64,000 nt of DNA from Phoronis australis (lineage: Eukaryota > Animalia > Phoronida): contig NMRA01000256.1 in assembly GCA_002633005.1 (NCBI GenBank), positions 176,068 through 240,067 on the forward strand, given 5' to 3'. Positions 13,279 to 27,400 of this stretch are shown here, piece after piece. Below the pieces are notes generated by a model that saw nothing but the letters and a program-made list of their open reading frames with translations, was not told the DNA's origin and made no database searches. The position numbers and the translations under genes are program-made. Position 1 is the stretch's first letter. Each line of letters opens with the position of its first letter.

Positions 13279-14055
13279 TTATCGCGAAACTCATTTAGCA
13301 CATTTTTGGATCTCAAATTAAAATCAAACAGTCTTACCTGGCGTCCACGGCAACCAAGTAAGAAAAGAACATAGCTGAAAATCGGAAAATACTCATTCTA
13401 AAATCAGGTTTCAAAATTGTAGTTTCGATATGAAAGTACTGAGGCCGACCGCAGACTGATTGTATCTGCCTGACCATGACGTCTTGGACATTGCGTAAAT
13501 AAGTAGTTATGTAAACTATGTGAATGGTATACCAGCATACGTGTACACACAGCTCTAGAAAGTACTCTGATTGCAAGTGCACGCATCACGTTAGAATTAG
13601 AATCTGTTGGCTGAGTTCGTAATTCGTCGATTGCACGCATCAGTTATCTTGCGGACTTTCGTCCACTCTGCCGCAAACTCCATAGACAAAATGAAAAGTT
13701 TTGTCGTTTCATCTTAAAAGCGTTACACATGATCACAGAAACTATATCTTGTACCATATTTTTGACTCTTTCACTTCCACCGAAACGGGGAGCGAGATTC
13801 TGATAAAACATGGAAAAGCCGCATAACTGACACTTTTTAGCACAAAACTAACACAGCTCCTTATGAAGTCATGTGGGTTCTGGATAACACATCATTTCAA
13901 GTAGGTTTTGGTGGCCTACATCAGTTGGTGTAAAGTTTGGACGCTACATGAATTCATGCAGGTTGTGCTCATCTACTCAGTTCATGTGGGTTCTGAACAT
14001 TGCCTCACTTCATGTGGGCCCTGTACACTACATCACTTCATGAGGTTTACAACGC

Positions 14056-14751
14056 TGCATCACTTCATGTAGGGTGTGTACACTGCATCACTTCATATAG
14101 GGTGTGTACACTGCATCATTCCATGTAGGGTGTGTACACTGCATCACTTCATGTAGGGTGTGTACACTGCATCACTCAATGTAGAGTGTGTACACTGCAT
14201 CACTTCATGTAGGCTGTGTACACTGCATCACTTCATGTAGAGTGTGTACACTGCATCACTTCATGTAGGGTGTGTACACTGCATCACTTCATGTAGGGTG
14301 TGTACACTGCATCACTTCATGTAGTGTGTGTACACTGCATCACTTCATGTAGGGTGTGTACACTGCATCACTTCATGTAGGGTTTGTACACTGCATCACT
14401 TCATGCAGTGTGTGTACACTGCATCACTTCATGTAAGGTGTGTACACTGCATCACTTCATGTAGGGTGTGTACACTGCATCACTTCATGTAGGGTGTGTA
14501 CACTGCATCAGTTCATGTAGTGTGTGTACACTGCATCACTCTATGCAGGGTGTGTACACTGCATCACTTCATGTAGGGTGTGTACACTGCATTAGTTCAT
14601 GTAGTGTGTGTACACTGCATCACTCATGCAGGATGTGTACACTGCATCACTTCATGTAAGATGTGTACACTGCATCACTTCATGTAGGGTGTGTACACTG
14701 CATCACTCCATGTAGGGTGTGTACACTGCATCACTTCAGGGTGTGTACACT
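14056..14751. repeat. 28-bp minisatellite, about 25 copies
   Basis: Head-to-tail GTAGGGTGTGTACACTGCATCACTTCAT units with point variants; degenerate copies extend left to about 13860; no spacers. Confidence 0.95.
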
Positions 14752-14959
14752 TCAGACATGTAGATTTTAGACACCACGTCGTTTTATGAAGGATTTGGAG
14801 ACTATTTCAATTCATGAAGGTTTTGGATGTGTTGTGGAATTTTTTTTTTACTATTATGCAGGTTTATAGTCGTTTTAGCTCTAACAAGAGCAACGCGGAA
14901 AGTTGAACTAAGGGCACAAATTGACTGCAAACGGTGTACTTCTAGACGGCCCCAAAACG

Positions 14960-16337
14960 TCAAATCCATTCGAAAACGGGAACATGCCATCGCTTTCTTT
15001 ATAGGAAGCTATTTACCAAATTTCAATGAGATCTGTCAAGGAACTTCAGAGAAACAAAGGAAAATGGAAAAAACAAAATTGCAACTAGGGGCCACAGCTT
15101 TCCTTGGATCCGCTTGAAAGTCGTCGTCGTCTGTTGCTAGCTTAATTTAATAAATATCCTGCAATGGGTTAAGGAGATACAGCTATGCACTGAAAACAAA
15201 ACAGAAATACCTCTAGGAAGTGCCAGAGTAATCGTAGTCGTCATCGTCAACCGTGCTCTTCACACTGAGAATATATATGCCAATTTTCAAAATCATACTT
15301 AGAGTGGTTTGGCTGACAGAGAGGCGGATGCCAAAACCAGACTCAAAAGCAGCAAAAATGGCCACAAGGTGGCGCAAAATACCTCTATTCCATCCGAAAA
15401 CGGGAGGATAGTGTCAACTCACCAACAGATGCCTATATTCCAAATTTTATGAAAATCCGTTGAGGACCTTTGAAGATGCAGATGTGAACGGAAAAAACTA
15501 AAATTGCCACTAAGGGTCACACCGGCATTCAGATCCGTCCGAATGTCGTCCGTTATCAACATCATATAAACAAACGGGAGGATAGCGTCATCTCACTAAT
15601 AGATGCCGATATATCAAATTTTATGAAAATACGTTTAGGAACTTCGAAGATACAGAGGTAATCGTAAAAGCTATAATTGCCACTAGGGACACACCGGTAT
15701 TCAGATCCGTCCGAAAGTCGTCGTCGTCCGTTTTCAACATCATATAAACACACTTGCCAACTTTAATAAAGATCCTCCAAACGGTTTAAGAGATACAGTC
15801 ATGGGAGCAAAGAAAACAAAACTGCCACTAGGAGGCGCCACAGTACTCAGTCTTCGAAAATTCATCGTCAGACGTCCTCTGCATAGCAAGACCGTGCATG
15901 CCAATTTTCACAATCATCCTTAGAGCGGTTTGGTTGATAGAGGTGTGGACGCCAAAAAACAAACTCGAACACAGTAAAAATGGCCACAAGGTGGTGCAAA
16001 CTAAGTCGAATCCATCCGAAAACGGGAGGATAACGTCATCTCACTTACAGATGCCTATACGTCAATTTTTATGAAAAATACTTTGAGGAACTTTGAAGAT
16101 ACAGCGGTAAATGTAAAAAACTAAAATTGCCACTAGGGGGCACACCGGTAATCGAATCTGTCCGAAAGTTCGCTCATGCCGTCCCATTCTTTGAAGGAAC
16201 ACATGTGCAAAATTTCCTGAACATACGACAAAGAATTTTGGAGAGCAGCGCACGCCGGACATCGGACGCTAGACGGACGCCGGACGAACGGGGATGATGA
16301 CAAAATGCATCCACATATAACTATGTGGGCACATAAT
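14960..16337 (+). mobile_element. Helentron/HINE (DINE-1-like) non-autonomous element with internal 130-170 bp tandem subunits
   Basis: Repeated subunits containing TTGCCACTAGGGG.., AAATTTTATGAAAATCCG and GGAGATACAG, followed by a (GGAC)-rich tract and a terminal hairpin ATGCATCCACATATAACTATGTGGGCACAT. Same family at 24.8-25.2, 40-42.6 and 62.0-62.8 kb. The superfamily assignment is inferred from this architecture. Confidence 0.6.
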
Positions 16338-16829
16338 AAAGGAAATCATTTTAATATATACAGGAAGGGCACTGAGCAAGGCACTCTCTTCTGTGTTTTT
16401 CTTCCTTCTCCTCTCTCTCTTTGATCTACACCATGAATAACCTTTTTTCTCTGGACACATAAACATGTTCTCTCTACCGTTTGAGNATAATGAGGTTTGG
16501 CTGAAGGTCCGCCCACTTTTTATAAATTTGAAAAATTAATAGTAAAATAACGAGAGTATGTACATGGCTGTAATTTACGAAAAGAGTTAATTTTAGTGAT
16601 ATCTTTCGATTGGCAAAGCTCAATTTGTGATCTAAGCAGGCGAAAGTAAAGGAAATAGTGACTTTAATATATACAGGAAGGGCACTGAGCAAGGCACTCT
16701 CTTCTGTGTTTTTCTTCCTTCCCCTCTCTCTCTTTGATCTACACCATGAATAACCTTTTTTCTCTGGACACATAAACATGTTCTCTCTACCGTTTGAGCT
16801 ATGCCACGAGACACTCTCATCACTATTTA

Positions 16830-18305
16830 TTTTGCTCAAGAGGCCATCGGCCCACAGGACATAACTCAACATAGATACAATAGAATACACATAAGTATTT
16901 GTCTGGTTACAGAAGCGTGATACACAAACTTAATCAAAATTTTCAGCACATAGAGATCAGGCATTCTGATTAACCTCACAAAGGAACGATTGGCTTGGTC
17001 CAATAAAAGTTAGGCACCAATCTCATTCTCAAATTATTGCAGAAGGGACATACATATAAAAGTGAAATTAATCTCTTACGAAATTTTTAGTATAGCTTTC
17101 TTTACATAAAGAATATTTACATAGATTTTTATCAACAGATAGATGTCTTCCCACCTCGACCAACAGCCTACGACATGAACATTGGAACCTTGTATAGGAG
17201 GTAATTTGAGTGCAACATAGGTTTCCAAATTAAACGACGTTTTGAAGAGGAAGTATGTACAAAAGTTTGAATTGTTTTGCACGTCTGTATTCCACTCTTG
17301 CAAAAAAGCAACCCTTAATTTTTTGTTTAAAGGTTTGTAAAAATAATTCTTCGCACCCAAATCCTTGCTCAAGCCACACAAAACCAAAACCATATCTATT
17401 TAACAGTGCCTTAACAAAATATGGCCCATGTAGATCGTCCCGCCTCGTCTATCTAATTTCACAAGCCAACTTTCATATACCAACTTAGAGTTACTTTAAT
17501 CAATATTTGGTTAACTTTAAAAATTATTTGTCAAAAAGCAGGAATCTCCCGAGTCCACCCAAACCGGCACTATTACTACAGCTTCTGTCAACACCCAGCA
17601 GACTTTTACAAAATGTGATGTGAAAATACAGCGGTCCTCTTTGAATCCTCACACTTCGTCACCATAACTAAGGATTGGGAAAACCATTTTGTCAAAAACG
17701 TCAAAGACAACTGCTGGTGGAAGTTTGTCACGTTTGCGCTGAAACTTTTTAATCATTAAAACTGCTTTTTGCTTGGGTTGCCAATGTCTAGATAGCCTGT
17801 GACCACAAATTTTGGGGGTAAAACATACAACGAGATATAAAACGAAGACACTGTAAAATTTCCACCACCAAAGTGTCATTTTTCTTCATTGCGCAATGGC
17901 CCACCTCGTCTGAAAACGACAATTGTTGTCTTTGACAAATTTAAACTCAATAAATGACAATACTTAATATGTAAAGCATTTATGTGGCGCTGGAGTTTTA
18001 TGGCTGTATCAGCACAGCCGACCATATCATCGATCTGCATACGTCAAGACACTTAGCGCGGGACCGTCTTCCCTCTTAATACAATACCGACATTTTCTTT
18101 GATAAGGTAGCTAACAAACTCATCAAGGTATATAACAAATAGAAATGGGCTCCACATACACCCTTCACGTGTTCCAATGAGGTCATCAAGTAATTCAGTA
18201 GGGTCACCATCTGTTCTCACTCGAAGCTCTTAGTTTATTGTACATACTTTTCAAAATTGTCAGAACATTGGTATGTAAATCAATTTTTTGTAACCTCTAC
18301 CATAG
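16830..18305 (-). mobile_element. Decayed non-LTR retrotransposon (LINE) reverse transcriptase, 3' half
   Basis: Broken frames give IGTREGCMWSPFLFVIYLDEF (RT Q-G-x-x-S-P motif), DDMVGCADTAIKLQRHINAL and FDKMVFPILSYGDEV; many stops and frameshifts. Confidence 0.8.
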
Positions 18306-18458
18306 CGACTTGTGTTTAATATTAACGAAAGCACGGAAGAAATCAACAAAAAGAGTTTTAAGTCGTCCCTTCCTTTTGTGTCTTTCTTACAGAAAGCACT
18401 GTATGTGATGACGTCAGAATTCGTTAAATGTTACTCTCGCGGATTCGGATCCGTGACT

Positions 18459-21400
18459 TCACTCCAAATCAATATAAGCATCATTTACTTTGCCTTTGTC
18501 AGGCACAACGTAATCACTACGTATTTTGTCTCGTTGTTGGATCTGTTGTCTTCCTTGTTTAGCTTCTCGTCTAGCATCCAAAACGTGAACTAATTTCTTT
18601 TTTATATCACTAAAATCCGGTCTTTCATCGGGTTGCAATTTCCAACAGTCCATCATCAAAGAATATCTGAAAAATGTCCATGGCCAGTACAATACTACTT
18701 CTAAGACAAAAATGATAAGCGACAACAACCGAGTTCTATGAACATATTCAAGAGAAAATTGAACTGTTTTACACTACTAGAAATAGTTTTATAATTTTGT
18801 TGAATTTTCATAATCTACGGCAGCATATTAGCAGAAAATCCAGGGTTTGAACCTGGGTCGGCACAAAGATTTTTGTAGACTTACATATAGGTCACGTGAT
18901 GTGACCAAGATATGAGGTGTATGAAGACTAATAATACTCACTTATACCAGAAAGAGTTTTTCATTGAAAGTTGATGATCATTCTAGAATGATAACATTTT
19001 AGAAGCGCACTCTTTGGCAGGAATCAATTTTTAATTTCATAGTTACCACGCTGCCTGTACTCCAACACACTCAAGAGCACAGGGTTTTACACTATAAAGT
19101 CCACATTGAACTGTAAAGCACTTACATGCAATATGCCTTGAGCATCACCATACATCTCAAATAACAAAAATCCATTCAAGAAAGCCTTTAACTGAAATGA
19201 AGAGGAAATGTGGCTAACATCTAATTGTTATCCGTTTCTATGTTCTGTAACTGACACACAACTTACGCGCTCTCAGGACAGTATTTCGGTTTGTCAAGAC
19301 GATATCCTGATACTAGGTAAGTTTTCATGCTGAAATTGTCTACGTCCGGATATGGCGGCTGTCCTCTTGTCACAAGTTCCCACAGCAAAACACCAAACGA
19401 CCACTAGAATAAAAAGAGTATAAGTGCTAATTGAAATGGAATCCGCCCTCATTTTATCATTGTTTTGGAGACCATTGCATAAGGCATATTATCTGAAAGT
19501 TTCAGTTGAATCAGTCATTTCTGAGATATATGATCTTCCGAATTTATCCTAATTTAAACATCTTTCTACGGTCTTACATACAATCATGTAACAACTGAAA
19601 CGTGTGCTATTCTTTCAATAGAACCATATTTCGTACATTTAACTCAACAGTGTGTTGATTGTTATGGAAAATCGCATGTTCATCTATGGAACCCGGAGGA
19701 CACCAACTTATTACAACATTACGATGACGTGTCCTCAAATTCGAACAAAAAATTGTTGCCAAAACATTCATTTTTTATTTAGATTTTCCAAAAACTCAAT
19801 GTCGTTAAAAATACTCAAATTTCATCATGTGTTTGTTGATGATGGATGTACAACATAAATTGTTCGAATTATGAAGCAAAGTTTTCTAAATTTTTTTTTT
19901 AGTTTAAAATTTTGTTAACATTTCAGTGTTCCGCCATGTTGTGTACTTAAAAACCTTTACCGTAACCTAAGTCCGCAGCGTGGTTAGACCCTTATTAGGT
20001 ACAAAGGTCCATAGTTGAACAACAATGTGTGCCGACCCGCGACTACAGCTCATGAAGGGAAAACGGTCCCAGTGTACAATTCACATGATATTTAAAGATG
20101 TTGTCTATTTTCAGTAAAGTCATACCACATCAGACTTTGAGGTGAATAAACCATCAGATAAACTCTCAACTGCCATCCATTTGATCGGAAGTGCGCGGGA
20201 TTCACCACTCAGGGAATAGTAATCTTTTTCATAAATGTCTCGCGACAAGCCGAAATCTGCAATTTTAACACACAGTGTTCTGTCGACCCTGAAAAATAAT
20301 ACCAATGGATTATTAAGATCAAAATCATGCATCTATTATTACGACGGGGTGAAAACAAAATGTCCAAGATTCCATCAGATGGCGAAAGCTTCCAAACTCT
20401 ATAAAAAGAACATTGCACGTATGTGAAAACTGCAAAACTGGATTTGAACTGAAAGAAAATCGCAATAACCGTCATATTTTTCGGGAAGAAAGGCGGGAAT
20501 TAAAGTTTATTCAATTTTAATGACAAAAGAAAATGTATCTTATAACTAAAGATCTCGTACTGACGAACACAAGTGCAAGTTTGGATAAAGACAACAACTT
20601 TTCTAAAATGTAGCTACATGTCTCGGTGGTAAAACATTCACCATTGTCGAGCTTTATTTAGAGAATGGATGCCAGAATGGCTATAGGTACAATACACAGA
20701 AAATTCCAAAGCACGCAAAAATACCAGAAAAGGACTGGCTAGCAATGTGCGAATCACAACTCAGTGTAACAGTGCCAACGACACATGGGAAACCTGTGCA
20801 TTGGGTGAAGTCGTTTCTGATAACCGAATATGAATGGCTTCACGCAGTTTGAAGCGATTATAGCGATTTAAGTATCACTGGCAATCATCGTAAAGTTGTG
20901 TTCCTCAGAGGCCTCTCTACAACCAACATTGCTTTCCAAGCGTCTAAGCATGTGTGAATTGTTATCACTAACTCAGTAGGTTTTCCTTCATCTTTGTAGT
21001 CAAGTGGCGAGTTGTGACAACAACTACAATGAAATTTATACACTACATGGGGATTTAAAGCGAAAAGAATCTTGTAAACTTCGCGATTAATGACAGTGAT
21101 ACTTAAATCGATATCGCTTGAAACTACGTGAAGCTTCACATTCGGTCTTCATAAACGCCCTCACTCAATGCACAGATTTCCCATGAGTTGTTGACACAGT
21201 TACCCTGAGCTGTGATTTGCTGTTTGTTAGCCAATCCTGTTCTGGTATTTTTGAGTGTTTTGGAATTTTCTGCGTAATTTACCTGTGTAGCATCCATTCT
21301 CTGAATAAAGCTGGACAATGGTGGATGTTTTACTGTCAAAACACGTCGTTACGTTTTAGAAAAGTAGTTGTCTTTATTCAAACTATCCTGTAATCATGAT

Positions 21401-24400
21401 CTACGACGGTGATTACGATCAAGAAATGGTGCAACGGTATCACAAAGTTGTTTATCAAACGCACGTTTTGTATTCAAGCCCCCATATTTCACTTACATGC
21501 AGTTTCGAGCTGCTAAATCACGATGGACGAATCTCTGACTGGATAAGTAAACCATACCATTAGCTACCTGAAGTCCAAATTCCATTAGCTCTGCCACCAG
21601 GAAAGACTGAAAACAACGTCAGACTAGTTCATTCTCTAGAAGAAGGACGACACCTGAGAAGTTTAGTACATATTTTTGTGAAGTGTTATTCAAAATCTAT
21701 TACAAGATTGTTTACGAGGCTAGCGCAAGACAAATAATCGAGATTAGTCGTCCAGTTCAACAATGATTCGTGCATTTTACGGATAGTGCTGGTGCGAATG
21801 GTCACGTCGCAAGTCGGGGAGTTAATCAAACTGTCTCCCCCCAAATATATCCATTGGACATACGCTTGCACTTACTTTTGAAGCACAGAAAAGGTAAAAA
21901 TGCCACATTTCCAATTACACGCCCCGAGCTTACTTTTTTCTCTGATGTTACGAGGTGAAGTCTTCTCAAGAGATGGCGATATGAAGGAGTGCATACTACC
22001 AAACATTTCGATGCGTGTCAAGATTACAACCTTCTATAGATATTATGCTCCAGGATGTGCATAACTTTTCAAAAATAGTCTCGAACCCTAACTGTATTAG
22101 CATTAGAATCTTGTGTGGCTCTGTGACACCTGGTTCAGGATTGGCCAATCAACGACGAAGTCAACCCACGGCTAAAATTTGGTCGTTTAATGCAAGAAAC
22201 CCATGGCAGTTTGTTCCCTTTACATTACTCCGTAGACAACGTTTCACTACAAATTGACGGGGAAACTGATTATTCATTAAGGGCCATGCACTGAGCTTTA
22301 GAACGCGTACGGCCATGCTTTGTTTTTGGCAGCATCTATGGAAATTAGAAGGTGCATGTTACCTTCTTGGGATTCAAAACGTAGCTTTTAAGATCGCCGT
22401 GCTCCATAAAAGGCAACACAACCATAGGCACGTCGTCCTTGATTACAATTCCGCATAGCGAAAGCACATTTTGATGACGGAAATCCTTCATCATCAGACC
22501 CTCCTCAAGAAATTCGGTCACCGTCGCTGCGGAGATATCAGCATCTACAACAACAGGAGAGCGGCGATAATTTAAAGTGACACAATACGTGAAAATATAT
22601 ATATTTTTGAGATCAGCACCACGACTGAGGCGACGGCTCTAAAACCCAGTATGTCCCTTCAATTAACCGTTAAATACAACGTCGATTGTTTGATCATGTT
22701 AAAGCTCCAGTCGTACATGTCATGCGCAAGGGAAAATAGTGAGGTTGTCAAGTGGCTGTCGTATGATATTTAAAAGTACGGCATTAAATGCATGGTAGAA
22801 GTTCGTCGTAAACTTTTGAAATTATACCGATATCGTACTTCAATCAGATCTGCGACAGGTCTATATCGTATACAGATACATTAATGACGCGAGAGATAAG
22901 TACCACGACCGTCCTACTTTAAGCGCAAGAGAGTCGTGCTGTTTCAACAGCTTACAGTTTTGCAAAGACATTTTAATGTTTTAGAAACACTCGTGTGATT
23001 TACCCTTCAAAACTTTGAACTCATCGCACGACAGACACAATCGTTCTCGAATGGATTTCTCGCGAGTTGATATCGAAGTTACTATGTGAAACTTGGTATG
23101 ACTTCAAGAATGCCCCAAAAAGCTACAAGTACAAATGCTACCCCTCAGTAACAAAAATTATAGAGCTGACGTATCGTTGTTTTGTATTGAACTTCACGAA
23201 TGAACACGAATGCTTGGTGTCGAGCTGCCACAGTAATTTAAACAGATATTAAGGATCCATGCAAATACCTCGTAACTGTTTCACTGCGACGTCTTTCGAG
23301 CTAACGAAATGTTCATCTAACAGCTCTGCCTTGATGACCTTGCCGAAATGTCCTTTGCCCAGCACGTGCTCCTCATTGAGAAGCAGACGATCGGGATGAA
23401 GCTGGCTAGCTTGAATGCGCATCTTGAGCACAGGATCCAATCTTTCCAAGAACTGCTTACGAATTACTGTATCATGAAATAAAAGCAACACGGACCGTTG
23501 ATAAGTGCCCACATTGTGCATCGCAAATGACAAAGTCATATTAAATGGGTTCTCATTTTTCAACATTTCCACGCACTACAACGAGATACGGGATGCAGTG
23601 CAAATCATTCGAAAATTGGCAACTGCAATCCTGCTGCATTGCGCCCTTGTTAGCTGTAAATGTTGAGTCCTTAATCGAAGCGCTTTGGGATTTAAAAGAA
23701 TAACCAGATTAATTTGATCCTGAACTATTGTCTAATGAGCCGACAGTGCAAGTCACAGGCAATGCGTATATGCGCCATTTTCGAATCCACAATTTTAAGT
23801 TCGGCCAACACAATAAACTCTGGAGCATTTTCTTGAGTCGCTAATGCATTAGATGTTCTTGTTGGTAAAGGAAGTAGAACCAAGCCGGTAGGAAACAATA
23901 TACGACCTCACATGCGCGTACCCAGGAGGGGGGGGGGGGCTCGGGGGACGAAGTGGGTAAAAAAGATCAGCCTCAGAGAAACAAAAAGTCCGAGCTAAAC
24001 AGGCCGAGATCTGGCATTAGGCCTACTTGCTTCAAGGGGTTTACTCTTGATCCATTAAAACTCCCACTAGGACTGTTCAAAAACGGGCAAGTGCTGCCCT
24101 CTCGTAGATAATATCCCATCTGTCAAATTTCATCTAACCTCGCAGATATTGCCAGAGAAACGTATAAAATTGAATCGACTACAAGGAAGGGGCAGCAGAG
24201 AACAGAATAGTAAAACAATCGACGCCATTTGTCAAATCTCGTAACAATGGCAGATAAAAAGGCGAATGCCAAACACAAATACCAAAACTACTAAAATTGG
24301 CGGGTAACTGAACTTGCTGGAGCCGTAACCAAATAGACAGGCACAGCCTTCTTCTATAAAAAATGCATCTGTCAAATTTCATGGAGTTTCTCCGAGGTTT

Positions 24401-27400
24401 ACGGTAGTTGTAGAGGCAGAAGCCGTGCACATACCAAGTCCACGTCAACGATCTCTTATAGAGTTGCTGGACGCAAGTTTGGCGAATAAGACGGTTAAAA
24501 TTACAATCAAGATTTTTGATCCGGGTACAACCAAGCCCCAAACCTCGTGTCCTAGCATACTCTCAAATCGCAGAAAAATAACAGGTGTCCGCATGGGAGT
24601 CTAAAACACTGGCAATCAAATACCAATAACCTCAACCATTTTATGGAAAAAAAGAAGATTCTGTGGAATCTCGCTCGCACAGTCTTGTCTAGTTTCAATT
24701 TCAAAAGATTAAAATTCAGCCAAAAATGGCAAAAACAAGGATTCAGCAACTTCAAAGTTCATCGTAGATACTTAGGCAGGGTCAAAAAAAATGTCACTTG
24801 GGAGAATGTCAGCCAATCAGATTCCCTAGAAAATCAACGTCAGATGTATTCTCCTCACTCTAGATGTATATCTCGTCAAATATACAATGATCCTTCACCA
24901 AACTTGAGGCAGTTGTAAAAATGTCACTAGGGAGCAATGTGATATTCACTGGTTCATCAGAAAACCAATGCCAGACATGTAGACCAATGGCCATTGATTT
25001 ACGAACTTAAGATTTCCACTAATAGTTGAAGGTGGCTCAGCAACATCCGGATTCATCCGAAATTCGTCATCTCTTATCATGTTCGCAGAAACGTGCCTGA
25101 CAGATTCCACGAAGGGGTTTAGGAGATACGGCTACAGACGCCGAACGCCCGGACGCTGAACAAAGATCATGTGACTACAAGATGTGTCCGCGTACATGGT
25201 ACATGCACGTGGGAGCATAAAAATCTCAGTTCAATATTTGTAAATAAAGACAAAATTTAATTATAAAGTAAAGCATTCATGTAGAATGGTGCCTCAGACC
25301 AGACCAAAGGAGCATTCTCTGTGCCGGTTAGTTGCATTTCACTAGATTTTTTCTCGCTGTGAAACATTTATTTAACTCGACCCATGACTGCATTATGTAG
25401 ACCCAAAACACTCGCGAGAAAATTATTGTGATCACTTTCTTGGGTTGTAAGGTATCACAATAAGTTGCAGACCTGCGTGATCTCGTGTTTTCGCGCGTTT
25501 CTTGCGTCTGCGACACACACGTTCAATTTACAACCCTGTCACCATCCAAGGTCTCCCGACTTCGGTAGACTACCAAGCCAGGATTCCAACTATGTGTTGT
25601 TCGGCCAGTGTATGGCTACACTTCGTATTCAGGTCAAAGTACTTTTGATCCAGTCATTTTCACAAGCAGGTTATGAAAAGGATAATGTTGTTAAGGCGTA
25701 CTTCGCAGCCCCAATTAATTTAAACAAAATTATTTCACAAGGTCTTTCAGTAAAACTTCAATGCACATTTCTGACATTCATCTCCAACAATCCTTTAAAA
25801 GGATACCAGACCCGGGTTTAGCCTTTTAATAGATACTAAAAACGAATTTACCATCCAGTTCTCTAGAACAAAGTAATGTTTGGTAATCCACGACAACCCT
25901 CAAAAGTTTGGAGGAAAGTTTGAAAACCCCTTTCAAAGTCTGCTAAACGGGCAAGCGTGACTTACGCTTTTAGCGAGTTACAAGACAACTGTGGGAAGAG
26001 TTAAAGACCACCCACCAAGGATCATAATGTCCAATTTGTGAGCTAGTGGTATGAGCTTTCAGTTAATTCCTGCTTTTGTCTGGTACGTTTGACGCCAAAG
26101 TTGCATTAACAGGTGACCGGGGAGAGCGAGGACTGGTTGAAATCATCACAGCAGGGTTTAGTATCCTTTTAACAAGTTCATTCAGGGCCCACTTGAAACT
26201 ACTAAGGAGAATAGCTGCTATTGTATCATGAAATACAACGAGAAATACAAACCTGGCACTTGATAGACATTTTCCCCCATGTCCCCTCTCTCGTTCAGAT
26301 ACTTCATGTACATACTTTCTTGTTTCAGCCGACGACCTTGTTTCCTTTTATTCAAGACTAAACAAACGGTTAAGGCCACAAAAGCCAAGATGAGGGCAAG
26401 TGCACCAAATCCGACTCCCATTCCAATTTTGAAAGCCTCTCTATCGGTAGATTTCCACTTCAAGAACCCCACGTTCACCTTGATATTTCCAACTTGCACC
26501 TGGAGAAAAGCATGTTTCCAAAAGGTCATTTTGACCTGTCATAGACTGCAAAGATCTGTGCAATTTGTGTGTAGTCTATCAGAGGTTCCTCTCTCTCCCA
26601 CACACATATAAAAAGAAGAATAGTTTGCTAGAGGTCTTACTATGCGCAAAATTTGTTGAATAAATCCCCGACAATGACGTCAGATTATCGGACGCCACAG
26701 TCGTTTACTAAGTTGTAGCAAATATCGTGTGCAAACACGCTTGAATGGACAGTCGCTCAAATTAAGCAGGATCGTTATCATGAAATTAAATTTTGCATAA
26801 AAGAATAGAAGAATTTAGAGAACCCTGAGCGAGTTGGCAGATGAAGTGCTCTTTCCAACGCATACATGTAATTGTTTATACCATACAAAAATTACGTGTA
26901 TTTGTGTTGATTATTTTAACTGCTAAAATATGCATGTTACCAGAGTCAAATTTGAAAATTGTGTCTATTTTATGATACTGTTTCTTTAATCCGCCTCTTT
27001 CAGAACACAACGTAATCCACAATATCAGCAAGTAAGAATAACCCAACATAGCAGACCAATGTGCCTGTGCTGCACCTTTGGATTTTCAAGCCTGTTAGCT
27101 GTAAGCGCGTTCGGGTCTTACTCGTTAGCGCGTTAAGCGAACGATTCCTAAACCAATGAACATTCATATCCACAAGATTACGTCACAAATTGCTGGTTGA
27201 GAATGGGTTGTTTACCAAGAATTGTACAATAGAAAAAAATGCAGCCACTTGACCTTTTCATTTATTATGCAGGGCGAACCTGATTCAAATTTTGACAGAC
27301 GCAGTGGAATCCGATAGTGTTGCTGTGTAATTGCTGACATGTTTTGTTGAGGTAACATTTGACATAAATAATGCATTCTGGGAAATGATGCCAGAGAAGA

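Noticed and set aside
14056-14751. CRISPR-like appearance of 28-bp repeats
   Set aside because: Units are contiguous with no unique spacers, there are no cas genes, and the context is eukaryotic; it is a minisatellite.
16339-16798. Near-identical direct duplication of about 145 bp (16339-16486 and 16649-16798)
   Set aside because: The first copy ends exactly at a single N (16487), typical of a contig-overlap or haplotype assembly artefact.
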